From contig NW_027266319.1 of NCBI RefSeq assembly GCF_022045235.1, positions 34,410,001-34,474,000 of the forward strand: a stretch of DNA of 64,000 bases. Reading direction: 5' to 3'. This document shows, piece after piece, positions 37,316 through 50,174 of this stretch. Both the position numbers and the translations under genes were made by a program. Below the pieces are notes generated by a model. That model worked only from the letters and a program-made list of their open reading frames with translations. It ran no database searches and was not told the DNA's origin. The DNA comes from Haliotis cracherodii (taxonomy: Eukaryota). The stretch's first letter is position 1. Each line of letters opens with the position of its first letter.

Positions 37316-38325
37316 TGATGGACACTATACAGGCATTATCATTCAGTTGATAAGAAACATATGTCTCATGCATTACATGTATTATGATTAAAGTCTGGCA
37401 TATCTTTCTTTTCAAATTTGCGGCTCCTAATTTTAGTGGGTTTACTGACTAATATTTTGGAATTGACAATCATGTTAATTTGTTTCGGTTTAAATCTTGA
37501 TATGTGGTTTTTATTGCAGTACCTGATCAAGATAGTAATGTTTTATCACGTTATCTTTTGCCAGTATTAATCACATATTTTCAATCAGTATTAACTATCA
37601 ACAGTTAAATCATCCTAAAAGAGCCTAATTAAAATGATCGGAATCAAACAGTGAATAATTTCATCAAGTATTAACAATGCTGTGAATAGTAGATTGGATC
37701 AAGCGATACGTCTACAAAAACAAATCTCGCTCTTGACTCCACCAGATACAGAATGTTAATAGATGGAGAGACTGGAGATTACACTGGTCCCACTCTCACT
37801 TTGAGCAGCAAACTTTTAGGGGGAGGGGTTGCAAAACATTTTGTGTGTGTGTTGCATGGAGTGATGGGTGGACGTGATGTGAATTACAGCATATCAATCT
37901 GGGCTTGAGCAATTTTACTTGACTACTTAACAATCAAACTTCAACATAGTCTGCTGTGTGTTTTCATTTGATCGTGAGGACCAGTGAATGCTGTGTTTAG
38001 TGTGAGCCGACGTGAAATTGGCGCTACTGCCTGTCTGCTTGTGTATGTAACAGGCCCCGTCAAACTAGAGCGTAGAACCATCAATACTTGGTGTAGGCTG
38101 TGGCTGCCTTTCGCCCTTGCATTATATGGTTTGAAAAGATATCACTCATTGACTATCTGAGCCGCTATGACACCTGTGTTTGTATGGGGTAACAAGTGTA
38201 TTGCCCACAATTGGAACTATAGATAAACATTTTAATGTAGTCATGTGTAGTTTCTACTTTTTTGTACAAACGGTTAATTCAATTATTACGTATAACTATC
38301 TCCCCTGAAATCCCTTGAACTGCAG

Positions 38326-39574
38326 GACGTTGAAACTTGGATGAACCCATATCAGTGGGGTTGCTCAAGGTTTGTTCAAGTCATTTCTGTTTAAATATTT
38401 ATGACCACAACAGCCGTACTGAAAGTCTAATTATGCTGATATTTACTGTAAATTATGAAATTGATGAGAACATAAAATTAATCTACAAAATGTTAGTGTC
38501 CCTTGCATGCATTTGATAAAGAGAAGCAGGTCTAGCTGGACATGCTAGAGTTGAATATCACACCAGATTCCTGGCACAACCCAGACACGACATATACTAC
38601 TCAAAAGAAGTTAAAGAACACACAATTTTTTCATAGGACTATAGCTAATCTGTCATGTTAACTTCTTGAACATGAACTGTGTGTTTTCCTCAATGCTATA
38701 TTGTAGTGCCTGTATTCTGAATCTTAACTTTAGTGTTGTGTGCTGAATAGTGGGATAGGTTTATAAATTTCCAAGGTAGGGCTATTCACATTTATTCCAT
38801 GATTTACAGTATATAGCTGGAATATAGGGAGTATATTTATTTATATTTTGTTTTTTTACCAGTTTTGACATATTAACTATACCCGTGAGTGGTAGGTTGG
38901 AAACTGTAGATTTGTTAATGCCATGTTTCAGTATGGCAAGGACATCATCCAGTTGAGCACAATTCCAACAGGAATCTATAATACCAGTTGTAATTTATTG
39001 GCCAATATGTTTTATGTTTGTGTCTTTGACAATATGCAGGCAATCAGTATTTATGTCTCAATCAGACACTTGTACAAACGGCCCAGTCTTTTGCTGGACA
39101 AAGTTGTCTGTTGTATTTTATGTGATAAAATTAGTATTTGTTGACAACTTGCCAAAGACTATCTCTCTCTTCCCCAGTACCCCATGCTTGTCTCCCTGTA
39201 GATTATGTTCAAAATAGGTCCCTAGTACCCCATGCTTGTCTCCCTGTAGATTATATGACCGGGTCGCCGTGACCCCAGGTCTGGATATCCCTAGGCTGGG
39301 TCAGGAGCACCCCAGGGATGACCGGGTTGCTGTGACCCCAGGTCCGGATATCCCTAGTCCGGGTCAGGAGCACCCCAGGGAAGACCGGGTCGCTGTGACC
39401 CCAGGTCTGGATATCCCTAGTCCGGGTCAGGAGCACCCCAGGGATGACCGGGTTGTGGTGACCCCAGGTCTGGATATCCCTAATCCGGGTCAGGAGCACC
39501 CCAGGACAATGCAGAGGTCCTCCAGGTCTTCGACCCCAGGACACCGACACCTCTCTGTGGCTCTCTCTTCCTAA
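38326..39574 (+). CDS. Probable alternative 3' coding exons of the coiled-coil gene (38326-38369 and 39250-39574), with a 21-aa repeat x4
   Basis: A phase-0 exon DVETWMNPYQWGCS(R) ends in phase 2 and fits the acceptor at 39249, giving LYDRVAVTPGLDIPRLGQEHPRD…LSS*; aataaa at ~39627. Confidence 0.55.
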
Positions 39575-39676
39575 ATCATCATTCTCATTAGCAGCAACCG
39601 AGTCAGCCCCCATTTTGCCAAAAATTAATAAATTTGTATTTTATTGTGCTACTTGTTTTGTTGTCGTTGCACAAAG

Positions 39677-39900
39677 TTCAAAATAGGTCCCCAGTACCCC
39701 ATGCTTATTTCCACGTGATGATTCTTGAGAACAGGTCCCCAATACCCCATGCTTATTTCCACGTGATGATTCTTGAGAACAGGTTCCCAATACCCCATGC
39801 TTATTTCCACGTGATGATTCTTGAGAACAGGTCCCGAATACCCCATGCTTATTTCCACATGATGATTCTTGAGAACAGGTCCCCAATACCCTATGCTTGA
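39677..39900 (+). repeat. 48-bp minisatellite (~4.5 copies) derived from a family-A head fragment
   Basis: Unit aggtccccaataccccatgcttatttccacgtgatgattcttgagaac, compared with the head aataggtcttcagcaacccatgctt. Confidence 0.75.
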
Positions 39901-41370
39901 TTGCCCATGTATACTGTTGGCAATCACCACATAATTAATTGCCTATTAAATGATCAACATTGTCAGATTTTGTTGGAACAAATAATTTCCCTATCCTTCT
40001 GTTGGTCTCATGTAACTTGATCCGTGTTTCCTTTTGGAGCAGTTGTAATTTTTATCTGATCTGTTTAAATATACTTTCTGTGCAAAGCCAAAGATACTTT
40101 CATCCAATCATCTAGTCTGTGTAAGTACTACACCAGTGTTGTGTATCAATACGTAGTTGCATCTGTTAATATTCTGTCATTATCGTCTCATTCATTTAGG
40201 CCAGTGGGATTGGAACTATATCTCTCCCTAATGTAACAATTTTTCACGGCCTCCTCAAATACATGTAACTTTTTTTTATGACCCCCTTCCTGTAATAAAT
40301 GGCCAGTCCCTAAATAATGTTCAAATTTATATAATTTTTTATTGTGAAAAAATAAATCTGCGTCTTTTTTTCTTGTATTTAGGCCTCTCTCTTCTCGCTT
40401 CCTGTGTAACATGTTAATCCATTTAACATGTTTAATGTTTCCAACTTTATGACAATTGTCCTAAAAGCTTATTTACTTGTAATAAAGTTGTATATCCATG
40501 AACTATCTTCCTTGTTCTACAAATGATAATGATCTGAAAAATAATGTTGCCCTTATAATATTCCACACTCATTATGCCTTCAGCGTATAAGCTGTGATCT
40601 GATGGACAGCTGCCAAGAGAGACAGCAGTTGTAGATCCACTGTTTTGTCACAAGTCTATTTTCGAGCACTAGCACACCAAGTTTTGGCCCTAACAGTTTA
40701 AAGCCAACCCCATATTTTGTGAAAAACGTTGTCATGATCATTGAGCCATGAAAGGTGATGGTGGAATGAACAGTTTTGTGGAAATATCTTCACAAAATTA
40801 TTATTGTTAATAATACTGTTTATAGTACAAATGTATATATGCACAATGTGGACCACATCTTGATAAATGTACGCCAGTGAACTTTGTTCTATGCAGATAC
40901 CTACTGCAGAGTAAGATATGTTTATCATGTTTATTTCATGTGATTTGTTTTTTTTGAGTGCATATTGCACTGTTTGTATGACTTGCCAAATTTTATAGAC
41001 ATTTTGTATTTATTTTATTAAATCACATGAATACCAAAGTGTGTTTTGCTTATATATCAAGACAAACATGTAATTATAATGCAAAATAAATTGAATTTTG
41101 TGAGGTGAGATGACCTGGAAATATTGTTGATTTGAAGTAGAATCACCCAGGAAATGACCTTATCCAGGTGAGCTACAGTACCTTGGTTTACTCTTGATGA
41201 AGTCATTTGAAAATAGAAATGAAATTGGTAATGCATAACATACTGCTCATAACACTGGAATATCGGCAATATGGAATAGTATAATGTTGTTATTGGAATG
41301 TATTGCAGCATATACCGGAGGTCAAGGACTTGAGAACTGACATTATACTTTCAAAGAGAGTGGTGAGCAA

Positions 41371-41715
41371 GGGCGGATCCAACATTTTTAAAAGGGGGTG
41401 GGGTGTTGTTGTGTGGGTGTGTGCGTGCGTGCGTTCGTGCATGCATGTCTAAATCCTCTCTCAGTCAATTTTACTGCCTACAACATACTACTGTTGAATT
41501 GTTTAATGGGCATTATTTAGAAGTTACATATTCTGTACAATGTCCCTCATTCAGTCTTGCTTGACAAGGATTTAAGGATCTATAACGAAACGTCGCTTTT
41601 TACAGTTTAAAAAAAGTTGTTATCCATAAATTGTGTCCAATTTAACATACTACTGCATTTGGTTTTCAAAAGGGAGGGGGATCCGAACTCCCGGGACCCA
41701 CCTCTGGATCCGCCC
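41371..41715. mobile_element. MITE carrying a nested Penelope-like fragment (41494-41643)
   Basis: TIR gggcggatcca/tggatccgccc; the insert is flanked by the 12-bp duplication aacatactactg and contains gcttgacaa…gaaacgtcgc…gttgttatccataaatt, similar to the 25700 arm. Confidence 0.7.
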
Positions 41716-42995
41716 GTAGTGGGTGAGTTTGGCTGTTTTGAACAGTATTTCAGGTGTGGCATGTCAGTTTAATGTGGGAAGAAAGCCTGAGAAGGATGCA
41801 AGTCTCAGTGTGGTGCTAACAAACCTAGAAACATAATCAGAAACAGTTTGGGATTCGAACCCATGATCATTAGTTTTCTGCTCACCTAAGGGACACAACA
41901 TCTGTACTCGGTGCACAGGAACCTGCAGCCCTGACTATGGAGAATTGGCCTCCCCAGGAGAAGTGAATTGAGTATGTGATTTGACAAAGATTCCACTATA
42001 CAAGCGGTGGAGGTCATTGTTGAGATGAGAGGCGGCAGTTGTCCCTGACTAATAACAAGAGTAAACTGTTTGTTTCACTTTCTTTATTAAACATTCTGTC
42101 AGTCTTTCACACTATGAGGAACACATCCAAACAAAACAAACTGTTGTGGGATCAAAGTTTGATCTACATCATATATACATATTATATGAATATCAAATTA
42201 TTGATATCAATGTACATGATAAAAAAATATCTTCTACAGGTCCCTTTCATTGACCATTGCAGCAACATCATCATCCAATACTTACATCTATCTGTTATGA
42301 ACAGAACATGTTTTTAAAATAATACGAAGGTTAAATTACTTGGAGAGTCAACACCAGCTGAACACTGTTAAAATGAAATAAAAACCAACATGTCCATTTC
42401 AAATAAATGGGTGTTAACAATGGCGAAGCCCCTTTCTAGACTAGGGTGTCAGAACAACCGACTTGACTCCACAATGGATAAAACCCATTAGGGATCCTAG
42501 GTAGCTCAGAGTGCTCACAACGTATGTTTACATATACAATAAAGGCACTGTACCCGAACTCCCCTCACTTACAAAATAGACATAACTTACTTCTCGACAC
42601 ATTTTGAGTGAGTGAGTTAAGTTTAACGTCACATCTGCAATATTTCAGCCATATTATGACGATAACACTTTTTGAGAGCAAAAGTATATGGATGACTTTT
42701 TGTATCACACAATACATGTTGTATTGCAAAAACTTACCCCTTCTAAACTATGAGTCATCTGTCAGTTGTTAACAATATTAAATACTAATTTAAATCATAA
42801 TATGACTCATACTAGTAATTGAAAATGATCATACTAAAGTCTTTATGATAATTGTTTGACAATAAAATGATATTTTAGTAAAATGATCAACTATAGACTA
42901 AAATAAACCATATTGTCTAGCAAGATTTTACATGAATCTTAGAATATGTTATTGTTTATCAGTGAACTGTTGCCATGACAATGACAGGGTTTGTT

Positions 42996-45900
42996 TCAGT
43001 CAGAGTCGGAAGCATGGCCTTTGCTCTTGTCAAAATCGTCAAGATCCTGCATCAGTTTGCCCACATCCTCCTCTTGCTCTTCATCATCACTCATCTTGAA
43101 CACAGTCTGTTCTCGTCTCCGCGACTGAGAAGACACATGGTTCCGGGAGATTTCCTCTTTCTGAAAGAATGTTATATAATACATTCATTCACAGTTACAA
43201 TGGTGTCTTGATATAGTTACATAAAAAAGTAATTGATTAGATTGTGAGTAACGAGGAAGGGATCCAGAGTGTCATTATGTATGATTGTGATCATGGGAGA
43301 TTACTCCGGTCATCACTGAAAAAGTGAGTGAGTGAGTTGGGTTTAATGCCGCTTTTAACAGTATTCCAGTTATATCACGGCGTGTCAGCTTAATGTGGGA
43401 GGAAAGCCCGAAGTGATGCAGGTCTCAGACCTTTACCATTTCGGTGAAACCCACGAGCACGGTATGGTGCTGACAAACCTAGAAACATAATCGGGGCAAA
43501 CTGGGATTCGAACCCACAATCATAGGTTTCTGGCGTGCCCAAGGGATGCAACTCTGGTTTTGGTTTGGTTTGTTTTTTTACGCCGCACTCAGCAATATTC
43601 CAGCTATATGACGGCGGTCTGTAAATAATCGATTTCCAAAATTTGTTTATCACTGAATGTGTAACGTGTTTGAAATCGGCACGTGAACTGGACAAGCATT
43701 CACCAATTGTTAATAGCTCTAACTCCTCTAAGATTCTCTTTTGAAATAATATTTTTGTGTTGAATATCATATATCAGCTGTAACAAAGGATCAGCTGCAG
43801 ATACATGTACACCTGCCACAGCTTGTTTGTAGCTCACAATCTCATCACATTGAAACAGGAAGATAAAACGATACTCCCAGAGATCAGAAGTTCTGTAAGA
43901 TATGTAACAGTTATTAGGCAGAAAATGAATATCCCCTTTTGTTACTTTGTAAAACATATGTCAATGTTCAACAGCAGTATATTCAACAAAATGTCTAAGT
44001 CCATCCAACATTAGATATTTTAACATTTTAATGTGAGACTGTAACACTTCTATAATTAAAGTAAATTCTTGTGTTTGTATATTATGTTCCTAATCACTAT
44101 AATTCACGATAATTTCTGTTGTGGACTAACAAACTTAATGCACCATGGGCCTTTGGCCTACACATGTACAAAATAAAGAATAGATATATTGAAATAACAG
44201 TTTTATCAAATGAATGAAATTACAGATATCATAATTTAGAATTGATATCAGCAATTCAGCATTGAATGTGAAATCAGGTACAAAAAACTATAGGTTATAA
44301 CAAACTAAAGGGACAACTAATTTTAATTTGTTATATGCGTTGTTCATTATAAGCACAAGTACAACAAATGGATGGGACCAAGAAATAGTTCATTTTATCC
44401 GTGAGTTCGTAATAAATGTAGTTTACTGTCGTCACATGAAAAACGGTAAAAAAGTCAGCAAGGTAGTTGGGGGTAAATCTGTGGACTACAGGGTGTTTCT
44501 ACCTTCATCCTCTCTCTCCTCCTGCGACTGAGTGTCTCCCGGTCTTCATCCCGTGCGGAAGCCAGGCGCCTCAAGCGCTCGTACTCTTCCATGGTCTCCA
44601 TCGTTCGTGCCCGGGAGAGAAAGTCTTGTACGACTGTTCAGGAAATACATATCTTTGTCACTACACTGGATAAGTGTGGATAAACAAAACAACCAAAAAC
44701 ATTCTTTCTTATCAAATTACCACGCAACCAAACACTTTGACTCAAATCATAAATGTTCAATGCACCACTCTATTTATGTTTACCTCAAAATTTCAACCTT
44801 TGGTTACCATGGTTACATGGTATAATAATATGAACTAAGAAGCTGTGGACCAACTATACCAGTGGAATATGATAAACCAGTATAATTTACTGTACTTGTA
44901 TGACACAATATACATGAATACATGCTGCACACAGTGTTCCTATTCTAGCACTGTGGCGTCAGTACTTGAATACTTAACATGATTGATCAATCAAATGAAA
45001 ATAAAAATATCATGCATCGAAAAATGAACCCCGATGATAACTTTTTCCTTGGCAAAAGCACATGTAATACAATCATTTGACTCTAAAAAACACTGAATTG
45101 TTTTGAGGTCCTTGTACTTGTTATTTCTCATTAAACACTGTTCTACCATGAATTTGAAATTTACTTGATTCTGATTGGTCAATCAGAGGCTATTAAATCA
45201 GTTTATTTGCTAACACCAAAGAGTTCGCGTTTTATTTAGTCATGGTAGAACGGAGATAAACCTACTCTGTTTTCAATGTAGAGCTAGGTTAAATGTAGAA
45301 TTAACCGCGCTAAATTTAACATTTGAAACCTCACGCTGCGTGTTCGGTTCCAAATTCAATTTAGCGTGGTTAAATCTACAGGTAACCTAGCTCTACATTG
45401 AAAACACAGTATGTTTATTTCCTAAATATATCAGAAGGCTACATTCTCATGGGATGGGCTGGGCTGGGCTGCTACTTCAGTAATAATTCCATATTCTCTT
45501 CGAATCAATCCTTGGTTACCAAGGTGTTGCCACTAACATAGAAACAGCGTTATCCTGGTATAGATAAATATCACTGTATGCTTGTCGTAAGAGGCAACTA
45601 ATGGGGTCAGGAGATCAGGCTTGCCGACTTGGTTGATCCATGTCATTGTATCCCAATTGCGTGGATCGATGCTCATGATATCAATCACTGGATTATTTAC
45701 AGACTGCTGTCATATACATGTAGCTGGAATATTGCTGAGTGCGGCGTTAAACAACAAACAAACAAACTAAATATCACTGACAGCGAAACAACAAACTCAC
45801 CTATTGGTTGCATGTGTGCCCTGTGTCCTCGGCTTACTCCTACAACAAAGTCACAATATGTGATACATATATCACTGTACATAAGTGATTTATGATCAAA

Positions 45901-47392
45901 CAAAAATTGATCTTTTCTTCAATTATTGAACACAAACATTGTGGGTGCTTTAAAATGGCTTAACCTCAAAATCTGATAACATTCCTTTTCACTGACATAA
46001 AATATGACATCAATTGATATATATGAAATGCTATTCGAAGTTAATAAATGGCGATGATGAATTGATTATTTACTCATGTTTAAAACATAGATCAACAGAC
46101 CATAAAGCACAATGCAGGCTTTATTTTCGTTTCTGGAGATGTTTCTTACTTGTTGGAGTTGGAGTGAAAAACATTGAAAATGACATCCTAAAATCTTGAA
46201 AACCATTACAAAGGAAGCTAAAAAAATTGGAAACCACAACTAAGGATGTTTTCCTGCCATTAACAAAGCCTGACAAAGGCCAGAAGGTATCTCATATACT
46301 GCAATCTCGCCCTTGTAACCACTACTTGTGCTAGGTCAGGCAAGACTTCAAGACAGACATTTTGCCTAACGGTGCCCATTTGGAATGATATTTAGTTGGG
46401 CACCTTTTCAGAACATTTTCATCAATATTTGGGCAGTGAAAGTCACAAGTGGTGTCGCTATATGTACCAAAACAGATTGAAATATGGGGTTGAAGATTGA
46501 TAATGATGCCTGATACTTTAACAGGTAAGAAATATGGTTTCTAACAGGAGTTGCACCCGACTCGCCTAAAATCTGACTCGCCTTAAAAAAATGGGACCCG
46601 ACTCGCCTAAAAAATATATATAATATTTTGGTATGCGTTTGGCAAATACAACTTGGGTTAGGCCTAATGATAACAATTACTAGTATATTCATACACAAGT
46701 ATGGAAATAATAAAAAAACAAAAACGTATCATCCATACTATTCTAAACGCGCTGCGCTTCATGTTGAGTCACTGAGCCAGAGCCCAGTCGGTTACGCTAT
46801 TGGGACCGAGACTACAACACTAACATTTAAGTACATTATGTGTATAAAATGCATTACTAAGAATTTCTGATAGTTACATACTTATTCTAAAATACAAAAA
46901 CCAACCGTAGTTCGCTCAAAAAAGTTTTAGGCGAGTCAGGTCAAAATCTTTTTAAGCGAGTCAGATTTTAGCCGAGTCGGGTGTATCCCTCTAACAGTAC
47001 ATATACAGGGATGAAGGTTTGGATTTAACCGTTTCCATGGGTAAAGACGGACATATGGGTCTGAGAAATGGGTATCAATCAGCCAGCCGTGGATATTTAT
47101 TAGCCACCATTGAAATCATTCGTGTTTACAGTGGACTACACCTATCATCTCACTACAATAACAAGCCTACCAGCACTAACAAAGCGTCAGAAAATCGCAT
47201 CTTGCCTTGATACGCAGAAGGTGCCTTCTTCAAACGTTGTTTGATGTCGCTCGACACTAATCTGGACTCCATTGGTGGTAAAAGTTGCAAAGATTGCCAA
47301 AACGTTTTAGCATATGCAATATCTTCTGGTAATGAATCAGAAAACGTCACTCTGTCCTCGCCTTTCGTGCAGTCCACAAGTTTCAACGCCAT
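42996..47392 (-). CDS. HOATZ: Cilia- and flagella-associated protein HOATZ (C11orf88) homolog, ~173 aa
   Basis: Exons 47392-47206, 45839-45801, 44633-44503, 43160-42996. TFSDSLPEDIAYAKTFWQSLQLLPPMESRLV…QRL resembles the recalled human motif VFAGSSEQDANLAKQFWIS…PPSESQLV…QRL; RRRERMKKEEIS resembles QREERISKELIS. Intron 1 requires a GC donor in this model. Confidence 0.8.
43324..43632 (-). mobile_element. SINE family C (5'-truncated) joined to a family-A 3' tail fragment
   Basis: 43324-43555 matches family C; 43556-43632 matches the family-A tail. Confidence 0.8.
45251..45422. repeat. ~170-bp imperfect palindrome, probably part of a non-autonomous DNA element
   Basis: tgttttcaatgtagagctaggtta…gtaga.ttaacc.cgctaaatt / aatttagcg.ggttaa.tctaca…taacctagctctacattgaaaaca. 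Confidence 0.8.
45578..45767 (+). mobile_element. Retroposon family A, 5'-truncated
   Basis: TSD taaatatcactg; begins at tatgcttgtcgtaagaggcaactaa. Confidence 0.85.
46544..46992. mobile_element. MITE with repeated gactcgcct subterminal motifs
   Basis: cacccgactcgcctaaaatctgactcgc … gcgagtcagattttagccgagtcgggtg; flanking tctaacag duplication. Confidence 0.75.
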
Positions 47393-48121
47393 GTTTGTTG
47401 TCATCAACAACCATCTAAGGGAGGTAACTTGTTCGTATGAATGATTTCACGTATTGCACAACACTAGAAAAAAAAATCAGCCTGTCCTCTTTTTTTAGCA
47501 GTGAGTCGGTAGAAATACATTTGTTGCCTTTGAAATTCCTTGGATATTTTCTTTAAATTATGTTAATAACTTTAAAGTTTGAGTTGGACTTCATGCAATA
47601 TTTTTGTTAAGTCTATCCTGGGAGTACATGTCAGCCTTATATGTATAGATTCCAGGTTAATATATATTTTTCATTTAATAACATGATTTTTTTAAATAGT
47701 TACAAGAATTGGTCAGGTTTTTAAAATTAATTGTTATATGTCATTTATATTTTATTTTTTTAAACAAAATATATATAAAGTGTCAGCAACTGAAAAACAT
47801 TTTGTAAACAGTTTTTCAATTAAAACTAACAATTCAGATTACCAGTTAATTTTATTTGTTACTTACTGTATTTTAAATGGCAAATAAATCTATCATAGTG
47901 TTATGGACAATTCATAGAAAAATGAGATTTCTGCGAAGGATATGCTCTAAATATGGCAGGGGATACAGATTTTGTTATGCAGAGTTGCATCTCTGATTTG
48001 TGCCAGGATCTGCTGATTATATAGGTTTGAATTCCAGACTTGGTTGTCACTCCATCTGTACTAATATGTTTGAATGAAGTTGTAAATGTCTATGACCTGC
48101 ATCACTTTGGGCAATTGTCTT

Positions 48122-48472
48122 GAGGTGAGGTGAAATGGGGTTTAACGTCGCATTCAAGATTATTGCACTTATATAGCGATGTGCATGCACATGTGTGTGT
48201 GTGGCTGCTTGTACTAGTCCAGACTGATGCCTATTTATAGTGCTAGCCCACTGAGATACCATGCCGCAGTTTAACATGAATATCCCATTCAGTCACAGTA
48301 TACGGACTCCAAGCCGACCAGTCCTTGTTTTAGCCCCTTAATGCAGAGCTCCAGACAGGGTAACAACAAGTACAATCTTTTAACGTCTTTTGGTATGACG
48401 CAGTCGGGGATCAAACCCCGGACCTTACGCTCTTCGGGTGGACCCTCTACCTCTAGACCATAGAGGTGGTCG
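48122..48472 (-). mobile_element. SINE family D, full length
   Basis: TSD-like gcaattgtcttga/gcaactgtcttga; tRNA-like head and Meta-like core. Confidence 0.8.
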
Positions 48473-48759
48473 CAACTGTCTTGAAAAATAATCCTCATTC
48501 CTTAAAAAGGACTATTTCATATCATACATCATATAAACATAATTTTCTCTCACTATGCCATACAATTCATTGCACACACACACCTGGAAAAAGAGTTCTG
48601 CACAACCCCTTTCATATAATCATAATATTATATCCCAATCATCCATGTATCTTTGGAAATATCTATTAATGACATTCAATACGGAAATTGAGTTTGGCTA
48701 CTTACACCCCACTTTCGGTTCACTGCCATTGGATACCCTTCAATTCAGTGAAGAAAAGA

Positions 48760-49290
48760 ATAATGCTGTTTGGTACTTTTCAAAATCCTAAATCATCAAA
48801 AGGCACCAGTTCATCACTAGACTGATCTGAATAGCAAGTTTCATACAGACATATTAAATGGTTTTGGAGTTCTTCCCCGGAAACAAGCACTACCCTCATT
48901 TTCAGTAAAGTCCAACTTGTCGTCATGAAAACATAGCAAAAGGAAAGTTAAAAAATCCCAAATCATCAAAAGGCATCAATTCACTAATAGACTGAGCTGT
49001 ATAGCAAGTTTCATTCAGAAATATTAAATGGTTTTGGAGTACTGCTCCGGAAACACAAAACACCTTGTTTTCATCATGAAAAATAATGAAAACCAAACAA
49101 AATAAGAACAAAACCCCAAATCATCAAAAGGCACCAGTTCCCCACTAGTCTGATCTATATAGAAAATTTGAACAAGAATTAGTAAACGGTTTTGGAGTTT
49201 CGCTCTGGAAATGAAAAAAAAGACGACTGGTGGACAGATGGACATGGTGATTGCTTTAATAATATCCACCCCATTTTTCTAAAAAAGGTA
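48760..49290 (+). mobile_element. Element with ~165-bp internal tandem repeats (x3), HINE/Helentron-derivative-like; related fragment at ~15920-16230 (-)
   Basis: aaatcatcaaaaggca.ca.ttc…aatggttttggagt repeated at ~48791, 48961 and 49118; terminal ggacagatggac…. Confidence 0.5.
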
Positions 49291-50174
49291 GTCAAGTAAC
49301 TAATGACATGGAACAGTTCACAAGATATCACAAAATTTCAATATGTAGATGTCTTTTTGTAAACAAAAACAGTATTTCATCAGAAAGTAAGAAAGTGCAC
49401 AATTCTTGAAAAGCTATTTCATATGGAAATACACATTAACCTCTCCCCAAATAAATGTTCCAGGTGTATTAGTCCATCAACTGTTTTCAAGTATTGATTA
49501 CTTAGTTTTGACAAACATCATCCAAAACATCTTCTTTGCCTTTGAAACCACTTGTGTAATCTCAAGTATCTTTTTACCCAGGGGGAGGTGAGTGCCGCAC
49601 ATCACGGGATGAGCACAATAGATGTGGCTTTATCAGCCTTAAAGGTGCCCCCTAAACCTGTCAGAACAAACTGATAACGACATTTTCAAATCATTTCATC
49701 AATGTTGAAATATTCATTCAATAAGTGTCAAAAGCATTTGTTTCTTTTTAGCAGTATTATAACATTATAAATCAGGTAATTCAAAATACACTTAACTGGT
49801 ACTTTGGTTTTTGGTCATTGGGTTATCCTTCTTGTTAAGACACTGGATTGTCATTGTGACATGGTGTGGCTTGTATTGATCCAAGTGTAGTTTGTGTGGG
49901 ATGGAATATGACATAGGCACTTCCAGTTCAATCGATAGTAAAAAAAACCAGTGGAATATTGTAACATTTTATTCAGACAAACACACTCGCTCACAGATAT
50001 TGTTACACTTTCAAGAGGCTCAGCATAGATGACACAGATGATCCAACGTGCGTCAACATGGAGCTCTTCATTAGCTGCAATGTCCTCAATAACCAACAGG
50101 ATTAGATGTATCCACAGGTGCCATGTATTCTTTATTACGCTATGTATATTGATATCAGTTTCTAGTGTCTACAG

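Noticed and set aside
43390-43957. Minus-strand ORFs as extra HOATZ exons
   Set aside because: The HOATZ frame is complete without them, and part of the region is SINE sequence.
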